Below, one piece after another: positions 50,228-61,366 of a stretch of 64,000 nucleotides of DNA (position 1 is its first letter; every line of letters begins with the position of its first letter). Origin of the DNA: an uncultured Planctomycetaceae bacterium (GTDB taxonomy: Bacteria > Planctomycetota > Planctomycetia > Planctomycetales > Planctomycetaceae); the NCBI GenBank assembly GCA_963976765.1, contig CAXBME010000018.1, forward strand, positions 1 to 64,000, given 5' to 3'. A program made the translations under genes and the position numbers. The notes below the pieces were generated by a model. That model was not told the origin of the DNA. It searched no databases and saw only the letters and a program-made list of their open reading frames with translations.

Positions 50228-52408
50228 ATGGGCAGGTTAGTCATTGGTGTGTTGTTGGTTTTGTGCATCACGGGTTACAGCGAGGAATATGTTTTGGCGT
50301 TTCAAAAGTCTCAGTTGAAAGACATTCGCACCGGGGATGACAAACAGAGCGGCCATTCGGAGTTACCGGACGACAATCCATTCGCCGCCCCCAGCAGACT
50401 GGCACTCCAGACCCCCGCCTTCGATACGATCCGAGTCGAGCATTACCTGCCGGCCTTCGCGGCAGGAATCAGGCAACAACTGGATGAGATTAAAACCATC
50501 GCTGGCCTGTCCGATGCTCCCACCTTCGAAAACACCATTGAGGCAATCGAAAAATCGGGAACGTTGCTGACGCGCGTGGAGCAGGTGTTTTCGAACCTGA
50601 CCTCTTCCAACACAAACGAATTCCTTCAGAAGACGCAGAAGGAAGTCGCACCACTTCTCGCAGCTCATTCGGACAATATCCATCTCAATCGACGACTCTT
50701 TGAGCGAGTTGAAACACTGTACGAATCGCGCGAGTCGCTGAAGCTGACCGGCGAACAGCAGGAAGTGTTGCGTCGTCACTACGAGAACTTCGTGCGGGCC
50801 GGAGCCAGGCTTCCGGAGGAGCAGCAGAACCGAGTCCGCTCTCTGAACGAGCAGTTGTCAAAGCTGCAGACAGAATTCAACGATAACCTGCTCGCAGCGA
50901 CGAAAGAGCGGTCAGTAATTGTCGACGATGTCACTGAACTGGACGGTCTGACTGACTCGCAAATCGCAGCGGCGGCGGAAAAGGCAAAGGAACGCGGCAA
51001 CGACGGCAAGTACATCCTGGAAATTACCAATACGACGCGCGTGCCGATGCTGACGTCGCTTAATAACCGCGAACTGCGGCGGCGTCTCTGGGAAGCTTCA
51101 GCCAGCCGCGCTCTCGGGCAGAACGGCGGCGTCGACAACCGCGGGCTCGTTCTGGAAATCGCGCAGTTGCGAGCGGAACGCGCGAAACTGCTCGGCTTTG
51201 AAAACCACGCAGCCTATAAGCTGCAGAATCAGATGGCCAGGACGCCTGAGGCGGCTCGAAAGATGTTGACCGATCTTGTGCCGGGCGTCGTCGCGCGAGT
51301 GAATGAGGAAGCGGATGATCTGCGAACCATGATGAAAGAACTCGGGGCCAGTCACGATCTGGCACCGTGGGACTGGGAATACTTCGCCGAGAAAGTTCGC
51401 AAAGCCCGGTTTGACGTCGATGAAGCGCAGGTCAAACCCTATTTCGAAATGAACAACGTTCTCGAAAAGGGCGTCTTTTTCACGATGAAAAAACTGTTCG
51501 GGATCGAGTTCCGCGAACGAAACGACCTGCCCGTTTATCACCGGGAAGTTCGCGTGTTTGACGTACTCGACTCAGACGGATCTCAGATTGGCCTCTTCTA
51601 CGTCGATTTCTTCAGCCGCGACGCAAAACGTGGCGGCGCGTGGATGAGTTCTTTCGTAACGCAATCAACATTGCTGAATCAAAAGCCGGTCATTGTCAAT
51701 GTGTTAAACAATCCCAAACCGGCTGATGGGAAACCGGCTCTGATCAGCTTTGACAATGCCACCACGATGTTTCACGAGATGGGCCACGCCGTGCATGGCC
51801 TGTTTTCCGACGTGACCTATCCATCCGTCGCTGGCACAGCAACGCCTCGCGACTTCGTTGAATTCCCGTCGACGTTTGAAGAAGACTGGGCGATTCAGCC
51901 CGACATTCTTCGCAACTATGCCCGCCACCACGAAACTGGCGAACCAATTCCGACAGAGCTTCTGGACAAGGTCATCCAGGCCAGCAGGTTCAATCAAGGG
52001 TTTGACACGCTTGAGTATCTCGCGGCGGCAATTCTGGACCTGGAATGGCACACATTGTCCGCAGATGAGATCCCGGACGACATTGAAGCATTCGAAGCAG
52101 CAACGCTGAAGAAATATGGGATCGACATTGCATCCGTGCCGCCTCGCTACCGCACGGCGTATTTTGCTCACATCTGGGGAGGCGGATACTCAGCCGCCTA
52201 TTACGCCTATATCTGGAGCGAAGTTCTGGCCGCCGACGCCTTTGCCTATATGCAATCCAACGGTGGCGCAACGCTCGAAAACGGGAACCGCTTTCGTGAC
52301 GAAGTCCTTTCCCGAGGCAGTAGTAGAGATCCCATGCAGTCATATACGACCTGGCGTGGACAAAAGCCCGCAATCGACGCGCTGCTGATCCGACGCGGAC
52401 TGAAATGA
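50228..52408 (+). CDS. dcp: M3 family metallopeptidase (peptidyl-dipeptidase Dcp-like), probably exported
   Basis: PTFENTI, KRGGAWM, FHEMGH, DFVEFPS, FAHIW.GGYSA.YY. Signal-like N-terminus. Confidence 0.93.
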   Translation: MGRLVIGVLLVLCITGYSEEYVLAFQKSQLKDIRTGDDKQSGHSELPDDNPFAAPSRLALQTPAFDTIRVEHYLPAFAAGIRQQLDEIKTIAGLSDAPTFENTIEAIEKSGTLLTRVEQVFSNLTSSNTNEFLQKTQKEVAPLLAAHSDNIHLNRRLFERVETLYESRESLKLTGEQQEVLRRHYENFVRAGARLPEEQQNRVRSLNEQLSKLQTEFNDNLLAATKERSVIVDDVTELDGLTDSQIAAAAEKAKERGNDGKYILEITNTTRVPMLTSLNNRELRRRLWEASASRALGQNGGVDNRGLVLEIAQLRAERAKLLGFENHAAYKLQNQMARTPEAARKMLTDLVPGVVARVNEEADDLRTMMKELGASHDLAPWDWEYFAEKVRKARFDVDEAQVKPYFEMNNVLEKGVFFTMKKLFGIEFRERNDLPVYHREVRVFDVLDSDGSQIGLFYVDFFSRDAKRGGAWMSSFVTQSTLLNQKPVIVNVLNNPKPADGKPALISFDNATTMFHEMGHAVHGLFSDVTYPSVAGTATPRDFVEFPSTFEEDWAIQPDILRNYARHHETGEPIPTELLDKVIQASRFNQGFDTLEYLAAAILDLEWHTLSADEIPDDIEAFEAATLKKYGIDIASVPPRYRTAYFAHIWGGGYSAAYYAYIWSEVLAADAFAYMQSNGGATLENGNRFRDEVLSRGSSRDPMQSYTTWRGQKPAIDALLIRRGLK

Positions 52409-52479
52409 AAGTGCCCCACTCGCATGAATCGTCCGCACTAACTTGTCGTTCTTGTCGTTGAAACCTGAAGGCGTCATTC

Positions 52480-53310
52480 ATGAATTCAGTACGGACGTTG
52501 TTAGTCGTGATCGCGAGCGTTCTTCTGCTCGTGGTTTCGAGTCTGCGTCAGGTTTCAGCCGACGAACAACCTGCCGATGCCGGAGCAGCAGCGGGCAGGT
52601 CGAATGAAACAGAACCAGCTCGAATTCCGGTTCCAGACAGACTCGTTGTCCTGACTTTTGACGATTCGGCAATCACTCATGCAACGCATGTCGGGCCGCT
52701 CCTGAAGAAGTACGGCTTTGGTGCCACGTTTTTCATCACCGAGGGCTTCAACTTTACGACGAACAAAAAAGACTACATGACCTGGGGCCAGATCAGCGAA
52801 CTGCACAAAGCCGGATTCGAAATTGGCAATCACACTCGACGACATGCCGCAGTCAACCGCCAAACAGCCGGAGAGATCGACTCTGATGTGGAGTACATCG
52901 AGGACCAATGCGTTAAACACGGAATTCCCAAGCCCGTCAGCTTCTGCTATCCGGGATACGCCACCAGCGACATCGCGGTCAAAGTTCTGAAGAATAGAGG
53001 CTATCGATTTGCGCGAGCCGGTGGTGCCCGGGCATTCGACCCGGCAAAGGATAACGGGCTGTTAATGCCTCAGGCTTTTGACGGCAAACCAGACAGTACG
53101 TTCGAGCAGTTTGTCATGGCGACGGAGATGGCCAGAAATGGAAAAATCGCCGTCATGACCTTTCATGGCATTCCCGATGCGCCACACCCGTGGGTGTCGA
53201 CAAGTCCTGAGAAGTTCGAGCGGTATCTGAAGCACCTGACGGACGAGAAATACACCGTCGTCGCGCTACGGGAACTTGTGAAGTATCTCCCCGCTGACTC
53301 GCAGGAGTGA
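52480..53310 (+). CDS. Polysaccharide deacetylase (NodB/CE4) family, exported
   Basis: LTFDD, ATFF, EIGNHT..H, F.YP, FHG. Signal peptide. Confidence 0.9.
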   Translation: MNSVRTLLVVIASVLLLVVSSLRQVSADEQPADAGAAAGRSNETEPARIPVPDRLVVLTFDDSAITHATHVGPLLKKYGFGATFFITEGFNFTTNKKDYMTWGQISELHKAGFEIGNHTRRHAAVNRQTAGEIDSDVEYIEDQCVKHGIPKPVSFCYPGYATSDIAVKVLKNRGYRFARAGGARAFDPAKDNGLLMPQAFDGKPDSTFEQFVMATEMARNGKIAVMTFHGIPDAPHPWVSTSPEKFERYLKHLTDEKYTVVALRELVKYLPADSQE

Positions 53311-53434
53311 AACGACGTCACGACCGACCGGAGCAACCGGACGTGCCGCCGGCTGATCAACTACCAGTTACTGATAACGATTCAACACTCCTGAATTTCA
53401 GGCGTTCAGCAGGACATCGAGGCGGTTTCGCAGA

Positions 53435-55249
53435 CTACCTGGCAGCGACCTTCTGAAGCACGACTGAATACACATCAATGCCCCGTCCGCCAATCAGCTT
53501 TGGTGCGGTCAGTGTCAGCGTGTCGCGGCCTTCCGTCAGCGTCAGCTCTCCAAGTTCGAGTGGCTTGAAGTCTTTCACGAAGTAATGCGACTCGGCGACG
53601 CGTTCCTTTGACTTATCCCAGAAGGGTGGATCGAAGGCGTCCGTCACGACGGTTTCCGTTTTCGAACTCCCCCAGGTAAGCCGGACGGTCACACCAGCGT
53701 TTGGCTCGGGGCAAGTGTAGAAGACTGTCGCTTGATACCGCCCTGCCGCCCCGACTTCGATATCCCAGGTGATGGAGTCATCGTCGCGAGTCCAGTTGGT
53801 AAAGAACGAATTATTCGGTGCCTTCGAGCTTCGCCGGATCGTGCCATGAGAAACACCGTCGCGGGCCGGAAGTGTGGTCGACTCCGCGTACCCCACCGTG
53901 AATGGCCGCTCGGCGTTGGCCGCAAAAAGTTCTGTGGCTTCCGCACGATGCACGGCAACGGCTTCTCGCAACTTTCTGGTGAGTTCCGGATACTTCTTCG
54001 CAACGTCGTGGTGCTGCCCACGATCCTTCTGAATGTCAAACAACGCACCGCGATCATCCAGGCGGAACTGCGAGGTTCGCACGGTCACTCGCTTTCCCCA
54101 GACACTGAAGAGCTGGCGATCCGACCAGTCGGCGCGGGATTCATCTGACGACGTCGGATGATCGAGCAACAGTCCCGCAAAGCTGCGTCCGTCGATTGGC
54201 TTCGCCGTTCTGGCGGAAATACTGGTGAGCGCCGTCAGGGTGGTCAACAGATCGATTGCCCCGGCGACTTCGGTCACTGATCGCCCTGCACTGATCTTCC
54301 CGGGCCAGCGAATCAGAAATGGCGATCGAAGCCCGCCTTCGTCGACCGTTCCCTTTTTGCCCTTCATTCCAGCATTCCACCGGAAGCTGTTGGGGCCGTT
54401 GTCGGAGAAGTAGACGACAATCGTATTTTCCCGCAGCCCGAGTGCATCGAGCCTGCCCAGAACCCGTCCGACGTTCCAGTCGATATTCTCACACATGGCT
54501 AAAGCCGCACGAGTTACAGGAAGGTCTTCCTTTTCCGGATCGCGATTCCTCATCATCGGATTGAGGCCGTCAAACTTTCTGTAGAAATGATCCTCGACGT
54601 AGAACGGCGAATGCGGCGTGTTGAACGGGACGTAGCAGAGAAACGGCTCGTCGCGATGCTCGTCGATAAAAGCGAGTGCGTGATCGGTCAGGTCGTTTGT
54701 GAGGTACCCGTTCCCCTTGACTTGCGTCCGGTTGTGATCGAGAGGCGGACTGAAGTAGTGCCCCCAGTGTCCGGAAGTGAATCCGTAGAACTCGTCAAAC
54801 CCTCGGTCGAGTGGGTGATAGGGTGACTGCGTCCCGTTATGCCACTTCCCGAAAACTCCCGTCGCATAACCCGCCGCATGGAACAGATCGGCCAGAGTCG
54901 TTTCGTCTGGATTAAGCCGCCCTGCCCCTTCACTGACGCCGCTCACGCCGGTACGGAAGTGGTAGCGTCCGGTGAGAAACTCAGCCCGCGTTGGTGCACA
55001 AACCGCGCAGACATAGAAGTTGTCGAGCCGCGTTCCGTCTTTCGCGAGAGAGTCGATATTTGGTGTCGCCAGGTTTTTATTTCCATGACAACTCAGATCT
55101 CCCCACCCCTGATCGTCGGCAAGAAAGACGACCAGGTTTGGCCGCGAAGACGTTTTGACAGCCTCGACAGATGAGACCGGCGGATCAGCGGCCTGCACGG
55201 CGAGCGAAGCAAAGTAAACAATCGAGAAGATCGTCAGAACACATTTCAT
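53435..55249 (-). CDS. Arylsulfatase (formylglycine-dependent)
   Basis: ADDQG, CAPTRAEFLTG, GKWHNG, SDNG, KG.VDEGG. Confidence 0.94.
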   Translation of the reverse strand: MKCVLTIFSIVYFASLAVQAADPPVSSVEAVKTSSRPNLVVFLADDQGWGDLSCHGNKNLATPNIDSLAKDGTRLDNFYVCAVCAPTRAEFLTGRYHFRTGVSGVSEGAGRLNPDETTLADLFHAAGYATGVFGKWHNGTQSPYHPLDRGFDEFYGFTSGHWGHYFSPPLDHNRTQVKGNGYLTNDLTDHALAFIDEHRDEPFLCYVPFNTPHSPFYVEDHFYRKFDGLNPMMRNRDPEKEDLPVTRAALAMCENIDWNVGRVLGRLDALGLRENTIVVYFSDNGPNSFRWNAGMKGKKGTVDEGGLRSPFLIRWPGKISAGRSVTEVAGAIDLLTTLTALTSISARTAKPIDGRSFAGLLLDHPTSSDESRADWSDRQLFSVWGKRVTVRTSQFRLDDRGALFDIQKDRGQHHDVAKKYPELTRKLREAVAVHRAEATELFAANAERPFTVGYAESTTLPARDGVSHGTIRRSSKAPNNSFFTNWTRDDDSITWDIEVGAAGRYQATVFYTCPEPNAGVTVRLTWGSSKTETVVTDAFDPPFWDKSKERVAESHYFVKDFKPLELGELTLTEGRDTLTLTAPKLIGGRGIDVYSVVLQKVAAR

Positions 55250-55650
55250 CAAACTGCTCCAGTCGAGCCGCCACTGATCAAGCCGCGACTTCGGTGTATT
55301 TTCAAAAAGTTTTCATTGAGGACTCACGCTTCACTCGCTTTGATCCTGAGTCTGCCCCAGCTCGCCCGCGTCGAGTCCAGAAATGTTTCCGAAACAACGC
55401 CCCTGTTCACTCAGAACAGTTTCTAGAAGTTCTCTCATGTTCTAAGCCAGGCCGATTCTGAGAATCGCAACCTCGAAGTGACTTTCAGGGGGTTCGATGA
55501 CTTCCTTCATGATGTGCACCGCGTTCGGCAGGTACGAGTCATCTGTCCAATCGGCGAACAATTACTCTTTTGTGGCTAGAGATTGTCCGTACGATCCAGG
55601 CTGAAGTCGACCGCAGGCAGACTAAGTTTCTGTCCGCGGCGTATGACATG

Positions 55651-55739
55651 AAAGGTCGAGAGCCTTTTCCCGGAGCGAATGGACCGGGCGTCGTCGTTTC
55701 GGTGACGTCGCGAGTTCCGGGAAAAGGTTCCCGGCCTTT
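55651..55739. repeat. Inverted repeat element (24-nt arms, REP/REPIN-like)
   Basis: AAAGGTCGAGAGCCTTTTCCCGGA matches the reverse complement of 55716-55739 (AAAGGCCGGGAACCTTTTCCCGGA) at 21/24. Confidence 0.6.
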
Positions 55740-55859
55740 TTTGTTGTACCAGGGTTCGGCTGTTCGAGACCTCAGGCCGTAGTCACAAACTCGGCGTTCG
55801 AGCTCGACCATCACCAAAAAATCACAGACGAACCCGCGTTGCTGCTCAGGAAATCCGGC

Positions 55860-56861
55860 ATGAAAAAGCGGACAGGATTTACGTTGATCGAACTGCTGGT
55901 CGTGATCGCAATTATCGCCATTCTGGTCGCCCTGCTGCTTCCCGCAGTGCAACAGGCACGCGAGGCGGCTCGACGAAGTCAGTGCAAAAACAATCTGAAG
56001 CAGCTGGGCGTTGCCCTGCACAACTATCTCGATACACACAGCGTCCTGCCGCCAGGTGCGACGATCGATCTCTCAGTCGGCTCAACCGGCAACAACACAT
56101 CCTGGGGTGTGCACGGTCGAATCCTTCCGTTCATTTCGGAATCAAACCTGGCCAACGAAATTGATCTCAGTCAGGCCTGGGACGGTCAGCTTGCCATCAG
56201 CGGAATCAAAGTCGACGTTTTCTCCTGCCCGAGCGATCCCAAAAGCGACCTTGCCCGCGATCCAGGTTCAGGTCGCCCGATCCTGTACCCGACAACGTAC
56301 GGCTTCAACTACGGAACCTGGTTCATTTTTAACCCGATCACCGGAGCAGTCGGCGACGGCACTTTTTACCCGAACAGTCGACAGCGGGATTCGTCCATCA
56401 CCGACGGGATGAGCAACACTCTGGCGGCCGCCGAGGTCAAAGCCTGGACCGACTACACCCGCAACGGCGGCCCCGCCTCAACAACCATCCCCGCAACAAT
56501 TGCTGATGTCGAAGCCGCCGTCGCCAGCGGAGCCCAGTACAAGAACACCGGCCATACGGAATGGCCCGATGGCCGAGTTCATCACACCGGCGTCACGGTT
56601 ACTCTGACGCCGAACTCTTTCGTCTCGTACACAACCGGCGGCAGCACCGTCGACGCAGACTACAACTCGTGGCAGGAAGGTCGGAACGGCAGCACCGGCA
56701 GCCCAACCTATGCTGCCATCACATCCCGCAGTCACCACATCGGTTCGGTCAATGTCCTGCTCGCCGACGGCTCATCCCGATCCATCGGAGACACGATCGA
56801 CCTGTCAACCTGGCGAGCCCTCGGCACTACCAATGGTGAGGAATTGATGGGCGATTTCTGA
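55860..56861 (+). CDS. DUF1559 prepilin-type N-terminal cleavage/methylation protein
   Basis: [51 protein letters not shown]9-DG motif. Confidence 0.95.
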   Translation: MKKRTGFTLIELLVVIAIIAILVALLLPAVQQAREAARRSQCKNNLKQLGVALHNYLDTHSVLPPGATIDLSVGSTGNNTSWGVHGRILPFISESNLANEIDLSQAWDGQLAISGIKVDVFSCPSDPKSDLARDPGSGRPILYPTTYGFNYGTWFIFNPITGAVGDGTFYPNSRQRDSSITDGMSNTLAAAEVKAWTDYTRNGGPASTTIPATIADVEAAVASGAQYKNTGHTEWPDGRVHHTGVTVTLTPNSFVSYTTGGSTVDADYNSWQEGRNGSTGSPTYAAITSRSHHIGSVNVLLADGSSRSIGDTIDLSTWRALGTTNGEELMGDF

Positions 56862-57223
56862 TTCGCAGAGGCCATGAGTTTTTCATCGCAGCAGGCAAAC
56901 GCCTTGGACTGTCCGCCTGACGCTCGTAAGAAACCTGCGATTTTCGGGCAAACGGCTCGCCGAACGTGCCCGCAGCTTTTCGCTGTTTTGAAAGAATCAC
57001 AGCCCCGCAGACGCTGAAACCTGCTGGACCGAATTCAAATTCCAGCAAGCACTGTATAAGCAGAAAGCCGCTGAATTCCTCATAAACAGCCCGTTTCAAG
57101 CAGGAGCATTCCAACATGCCATTCGGATGTTGATTTGACTACAAATCAACATCCGGCCCTGATATAAGACGCGCCTCGCAGTCAGACCTGCTCTTCGTAT
57201 TTGCGGAGAGCTCGAAGAAACCC

Positions 57224-57297
57224 GCACCCGTAGTTCAGCTGGATAGAACGCCGGTTTACGAAACCGGAGGTCGCAAGTTCGAATCTTGCCGGGTGTA
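57224..57297 (+). tRNA. tRNA-Arg (anticodon ACG), CCA not encoded
   Basis: Acceptor GCACCCG/CGGGTGT, D-arm GTTC..GAAC, anticodon arm CCGGT-TTACGAA-ACCGG, T-loop GTTCGAATC. Confidence 0.95.
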
Positions 57298-57315
57298 CTA
57301 GACTTACGACAAATG

Positions 57316-57360
57316 GCCCTCTCGGATGTACTCAGGTACAACCAAGAGGGCTTTTTGTTT
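57316..57360 (+). terminator. Terminator after tRNA-Arg
   Basis: GCCCTCT...AGAGGGC stem with inner TGTAC/GTACA, then TTTTTGTTT. Confidence 0.65.
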
Positions 57361-57938
57361 ACAGAGAGGAATCTGGCCAAGGCCGTGACATTAGTGAATG
57401 CACAACCACATATGGCCCCTGATCAGCGTCGTACGGAGCGGCAGCAGGAACTGTGGAGGCGACTTTTAAACTGCCAGAGTCGATCAGGCATGCGCCTTAC
57501 GACGCACTCACTGGAGTTCGTCGCGACGCGAAGCCCGACAGCTTTGCTGAGTCGCTCTGCAGCCCCCACTACAAAGAAGGCGACTCTTCATAACCGGTCA
57601 ACAATCCTGCCTTGAAAAGCTCCTCTGTAATAAAACCATCGCCCGACACAACCTAATCCGATCTTTACATATTGCCTGAAGTGCATACCGATCCTGGGGG
57701 ACTCACCAGGTTCGCGTAACAGGAAAGAACAGATTTCCGCGTCGATGCGCGAAGTTCTACTGATTTCCCAGATGACTGTGGAAACGGCACTCCTGCAGCC
57801 TGTTTGGCCGCAATGATGCGGCAGGAACGCGTCAGACTCCGTCTTGGCACTATTCCGGTTCCCACCTACAATGTCCTAAATTACGACTCAAATCGACAAT
57901 TATCATCAGATTCGCTGTCTCCCAAGGATGGGTTGCGC

Positions 57939-59066
57939 ATGTTTGGCCGTGACGGAGTAACGTTCAACATCCTGTTCGTATCGGGAACGGTGCGAAGCCT
58001 GGCTCCCTTCGTCCTGAGCATTCTGGACGCGTCTGCTGATTGCTCGATCCGACTTGTTTCGAACGGCTGCACCGCACATGAAAACCAGATTCTGGAATCG
58101 ATGGCCTCGGCAGAGCGTCGCCTGTCCTTCTGCAGGATTGAGACAAAGCGTCCGTTGGACCATGGCGTCGTATTGTCACTGCTGCAGAATCACAATGAGT
58201 CACCGGTTTTTGCGTTCATGGACTCGGATATTTTTGCAACTGGAGATTTCCTGAAAGAGCTCAACTGGTCACCAGCGGATTCCGCAGGCATTTTTTCCTG
58301 CCCGCCAGCCTGGAGCAACGCTGAACTGGAACGCCTTCCGCAAGGTTATGGAATTCTCTCGGGTGTCTACAGCCAGCTACATGATGGCTTCAATGTCGGA
58401 AGCTCGTTCTTTGCGATGTACGACAACAAGCTGCTGACTCAGTGCATGAAGGAGACTGGCATCACCTTTCAGCCATATCTATGGGAGCAGGTGCCGCCTG
58501 ACCTGCAAACGGAGCTGGTCGAGACCGGAAAGCAAATGGCGTTTTATGATACCGGGAAACTGCTGAATATCCTTCTACAGCTACGGTATGACGCGAGTAT
58601 CGAGTTCAGACAATGTGAGTCTCTGGAGCATCTAGGGGGCATCAGCGGATTCAAGCTTTCACGAACCCGCGAGCTTTATGGCCTGTTGCAGTGCGCCTGG
58701 TCATCAGTGCTGCCGCGTGGAGTTCGACATTTATTTCGATGGGCAGGTATGTATAACGGCTGGCGCGAGATGGTCAGCGATGCCGAAGCCCGCTGGGTGG
58801 ACGCCAGACACTCCCGCAGACGCCAGGTGGTTGATTACTACTCGCGACTGCTGCGTTGCCTTGCTGAGAATAAGATGCTCGGGTTCGAGTTTGAACATCG
58901 CGATGCTGCGATGACTCGGGCGGTCAGCCGAGTGGCTGATCTATTACGCGACGGATACCCGGGCTGGCAGCGCCGAATACGAGCACTGGTACAGACTTCA
59001 CAGGGCGCAGAACGTCGCAACCTTGAACCAGCACAGATTAGTTTTGAGTGCCAGAAGGCCGCGTAA
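57939..59066 (+). CDS. GT-A fold glycosyltransferase-like protein (paralog 1)
   Basis: LVSNGC, LDHG..L..L, FAFMDSD (DxD), YDTG, HLGG.S. Start chosen by alignment to paralog 2. Confidence 0.72.
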   Translation: MFGRDGVTFNILFVSGTVRSLAPFVLSILDASADCSIRLVSNGCTAHENQILESMASAERRLSFCRIETKRPLDHGVVLSLLQNHNESPVFAFMDSDIFATGDFLKELNWSPADSAGIFSCPPAWSNAELERLPQGYGILSGVYSQLHDGFNVGSSFFAMYDNKLLTQCMKETGITFQPYLWEQVPPDLQTELVETGKQMAFYDTGKLLNILLQLRYDASIEFRQCESLEHLGGISGFKLSRTRELYGLLQCAWSSVLPRGVRHLFRWAGMYNGWREMVSDAEARWVDARHSRRRQVVDYYSRLLRCLAENKMLGFEFEHRDAAMTRAVSRVADLLRDGYPGWQRRIRALVQTSQGAERRNLEPAQISFECQKAA

Positions 59067-59127
59067 AGTATGTGAGCACGCAATCGTGGCAGGCGCACCA
59101 CGACCAGATGCGGTCAGGATGGGATCA

Positions 59128-60240
59128 ATGTCCAGGCACACTGACATTATCTTTAATGTAATTTTCGTCCCGGGTTCCGTTCAGCTTCTGTCTCCACTGA
59201 TGTTGAGCTTTCTGGATACCGGTCCTGGATATTCGATTCGGCTTGTTTCGAACGGATGCAACACGAAAGAAGACGAAACTCTGAGGGCCATCAGCAAGAA
59301 GAATCAGCGGTTCCAGTTCCACAAAATCGCTACAAAGAGAATGCTGGACCATGGCGCAGCGCTGACGATCCTGCAACAGATGGAGGCATCGTCGGTGTTT
59401 GCGTTCATGGACTCCGACATCTTCGCGACTGGAGACTTTCTGACAGAACTCAACTGGCAGCCTGCTCAGTCAGCCGCCATGTTTTCGTGCCCGCCGGTGT
59501 GGGGCAGTCAGGAACTTACCGAGCTTCCAGAAGGGTTTGGAGTACTTTCAGGAGTTTACAATCGCCTTCATGACGGATTCTGTGTCGGCAGCTCTTACTT
59601 TGCGATGTATGACAATCAACTACTCTCTGATGTGATGGAGTCGACTGGTATCCGTTTCAAAAAGTATTTCTGGAAACAGCTTCCTCAAGCTCTGCAAGAT
59701 GAGCTTGCAGGCGCCGGAAAGCAGATGATTCTCTACGACACGGGAAAACTGATTACGATCCTGTTGCAGCTTCGCTCTGGTTTGCCTGTCCAGTTCAGGC
59801 ATTGCCGATATCTGGAGCATATTGGTGGAGTCAGCGGGACAGGGTTGTCCAGGTCTCACCAGTCAGACGGTAGAACTGATCAATACCGGCGTATTGCTGC
59901 GAATGCTCTCCGCTACCTGCGTCCCCGCCTGAATGTTCACCCAGACTGGCGCAGGTTATCTGTTGACGAAGAGATTCGCTGGGTGGACGCAAGGAGCAGT
60001 CGGAGACGTAATGTCTGCGCCTTTTTTTCAGAACTGATGGCAGGACTGGCACTTACCGGGTCGCAGAACACGAGCTTCAGTCTGGATGATCATGATGTCA
60101 TAAATGAAGTTAATCGTGTCGCGTCGCTGTTGCGTGAACTGTATCCAGACTGGTTTCGGAGTATTGAGCTGACGATTCGTGAAGGACGGGGCGATGCATC
60201 GACTCAACACTCCGCCAGTGGGAATCAAAGCGCAGTGTGA
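59128..60240 (+). CDS. GT-A fold glycosyltransferase-like protein (paralog 2)
   Basis: Same motifs as paralog 1 (LVSNGC, LDHG, FAFMDSDIFATGDFL, YDTG, HIGG.S). Alternative ATG at 59119. Confidence 0.72.
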   Translation: MSRHTDIIFNVIFVPGSVQLLSPLMLSFLDTGPGYSIRLVSNGCNTKEDETLRAISKKNQRFQFHKIATKRMLDHGAALTILQQMEASSVFAFMDSDIFATGDFLTELNWQPAQSAAMFSCPPVWGSQELTELPEGFGVLSGVYNRLHDGFCVGSSYFAMYDNQLLSDVMESTGIRFKKYFWKQLPQALQDELAGAGKQMILYDTGKLITILLQLRSGLPVQFRHCRYLEHIGGVSGTGLSRSHQSDGRTDQYRRIAANALRYLRPRLNVHPDWRRLSVDEEIRWVDARSSRRRNVCAFFSELMAGLALTGSQNTSFSLDDHDVINEVNRVASLLRELYPDWFRSIELTIREGRGDASTQHSASGNQSAV

Positions 60241-60274
60241 CACAGTAGTCATATGCAGGTACCAATACGACACG

Positions 60275-61231
60275 ATGAAAACACGTAAGCAGAGCGATTT
60301 GAGTTTCAACAACAGTATTCGATCGATAGATAATTCGACTCGAACGCTGATGAGTATGGTCATGACCACTGTTCCCATTCGTTACAACGACAACCAGCAT
60401 CCCTGGACGCTTGGCATATTGCGTCGCCTGGCAGCCTGGCAAGGGCATCGTTGCCGTCAGGTTTACGAACACGTCGAGCATTTCGTCGCGTTCGTTGGAT
60501 CGTCACGATCGGGGAGCACTTTGATTGGTGCTTTACTGGATGCACATCCTGAAGTTGTCATCGGTCACGAGGCGAATGCGTTCGGTTGCGTACGCGACGG
60601 ACTGGACAGAGAGGGGCTCTACTGGTTTCTGATGCGGAACTCGCAAGGCTTCGCCAAGACAGGTGCAGAGTGGACGGACTACAAGTATGCCGTTCCCGAT
60701 CAGTGGCAGGGGCGAGTCCAAAAGCTCCGAATTATCGGCGATAAGAAAGCCAGCGCGACGACCCGGCAACTTACAGACGATCCTGATCTGTTGAATCGAC
60801 TGGTCAGGACCGTTGGTGTGCCCGTCTCTTTGATTCACACAATTCGCAATCCGTTCGACGTTCTAGCAACCCGTTTCCGAAGAAGCCCCAACTTTTCATT
60901 GATGGATCATTCTGAAAAGTTCTTCCAGCAATGCGACACCCTTAAGAAGCTCAAGACCGGCAATGCTCCGCCGAACATGATTGATGTCTACCACGAAGAG
61001 TTAATACGTAACCCGGAGAAAGAGTTACGAAGGTTGCTGACTCTTACTGGTGCCGAACTCGATGACAACTACCTGGCATCAGCCAGTGCCATCGTCAATG
61101 ACAGGCCCAATCAGTCGCGTCATTCCTGCGACTGGACGGCGGAGCAGATTCGATTGATTGAACGTCGAATGGACGAATACGAGTTTCTAAGCTGCTACTC
61201 ATTTGATGACGGTGGCATCGCCGCAGCCTGA
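60275..61231 (+). CDS. PAPS-dependent sulfotransferase
   Basis: 5'-PSB VGSSRSGSTL..LLDAHP, GDK, 3'-PB IRNPFDV, HEELI.NP. Start uncertain. Confidence 0.85.
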   Translation: MKTRKQSDLSFNNSIRSIDNSTRTLMSMVMTTVPIRYNDNQHPWTLGILRRLAAWQGHRCRQVYEHVEHFVAFVGSSRSGSTLIGALLDAHPEVVIGHEANAFGCVRDGLDREGLYWFLMRNSQGFAKTGAEWTDYKYAVPDQWQGRVQKLRIIGDKKASATTRQLTDDPDLLNRLVRTVGVPVSLIHTIRNPFDVLATRFRRSPNFSLMDHSEKFFQQCDTLKKLKTGNAPPNMIDVYHEELIRNPEKELRRLLTLTGAELDDNYLASASAIVNDRPNQSRHSCDWTAEQIRLIERRMDEYEFLSCYSFDDGGIAAA

Positions 61232-61366
61232 GAATGTCAGACCCCGTGTCAAGCAACCGGCGGTCGAGCGCGAAGTGGTAGACGCTGAACAGGACAGCAA
61301 CGTCAGCAGGACAGGCGCCTTCTACCAAGCGAGCCTGAAGCTCCACTGCCCGGGATTCATTCGCGC

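Noticed and set aside
57298..57938. Integrase or att duplicate after tRNA-Arg
   Set aside because: No recombinase-like ORF and no copy of the tRNA 3' end seen within the window.
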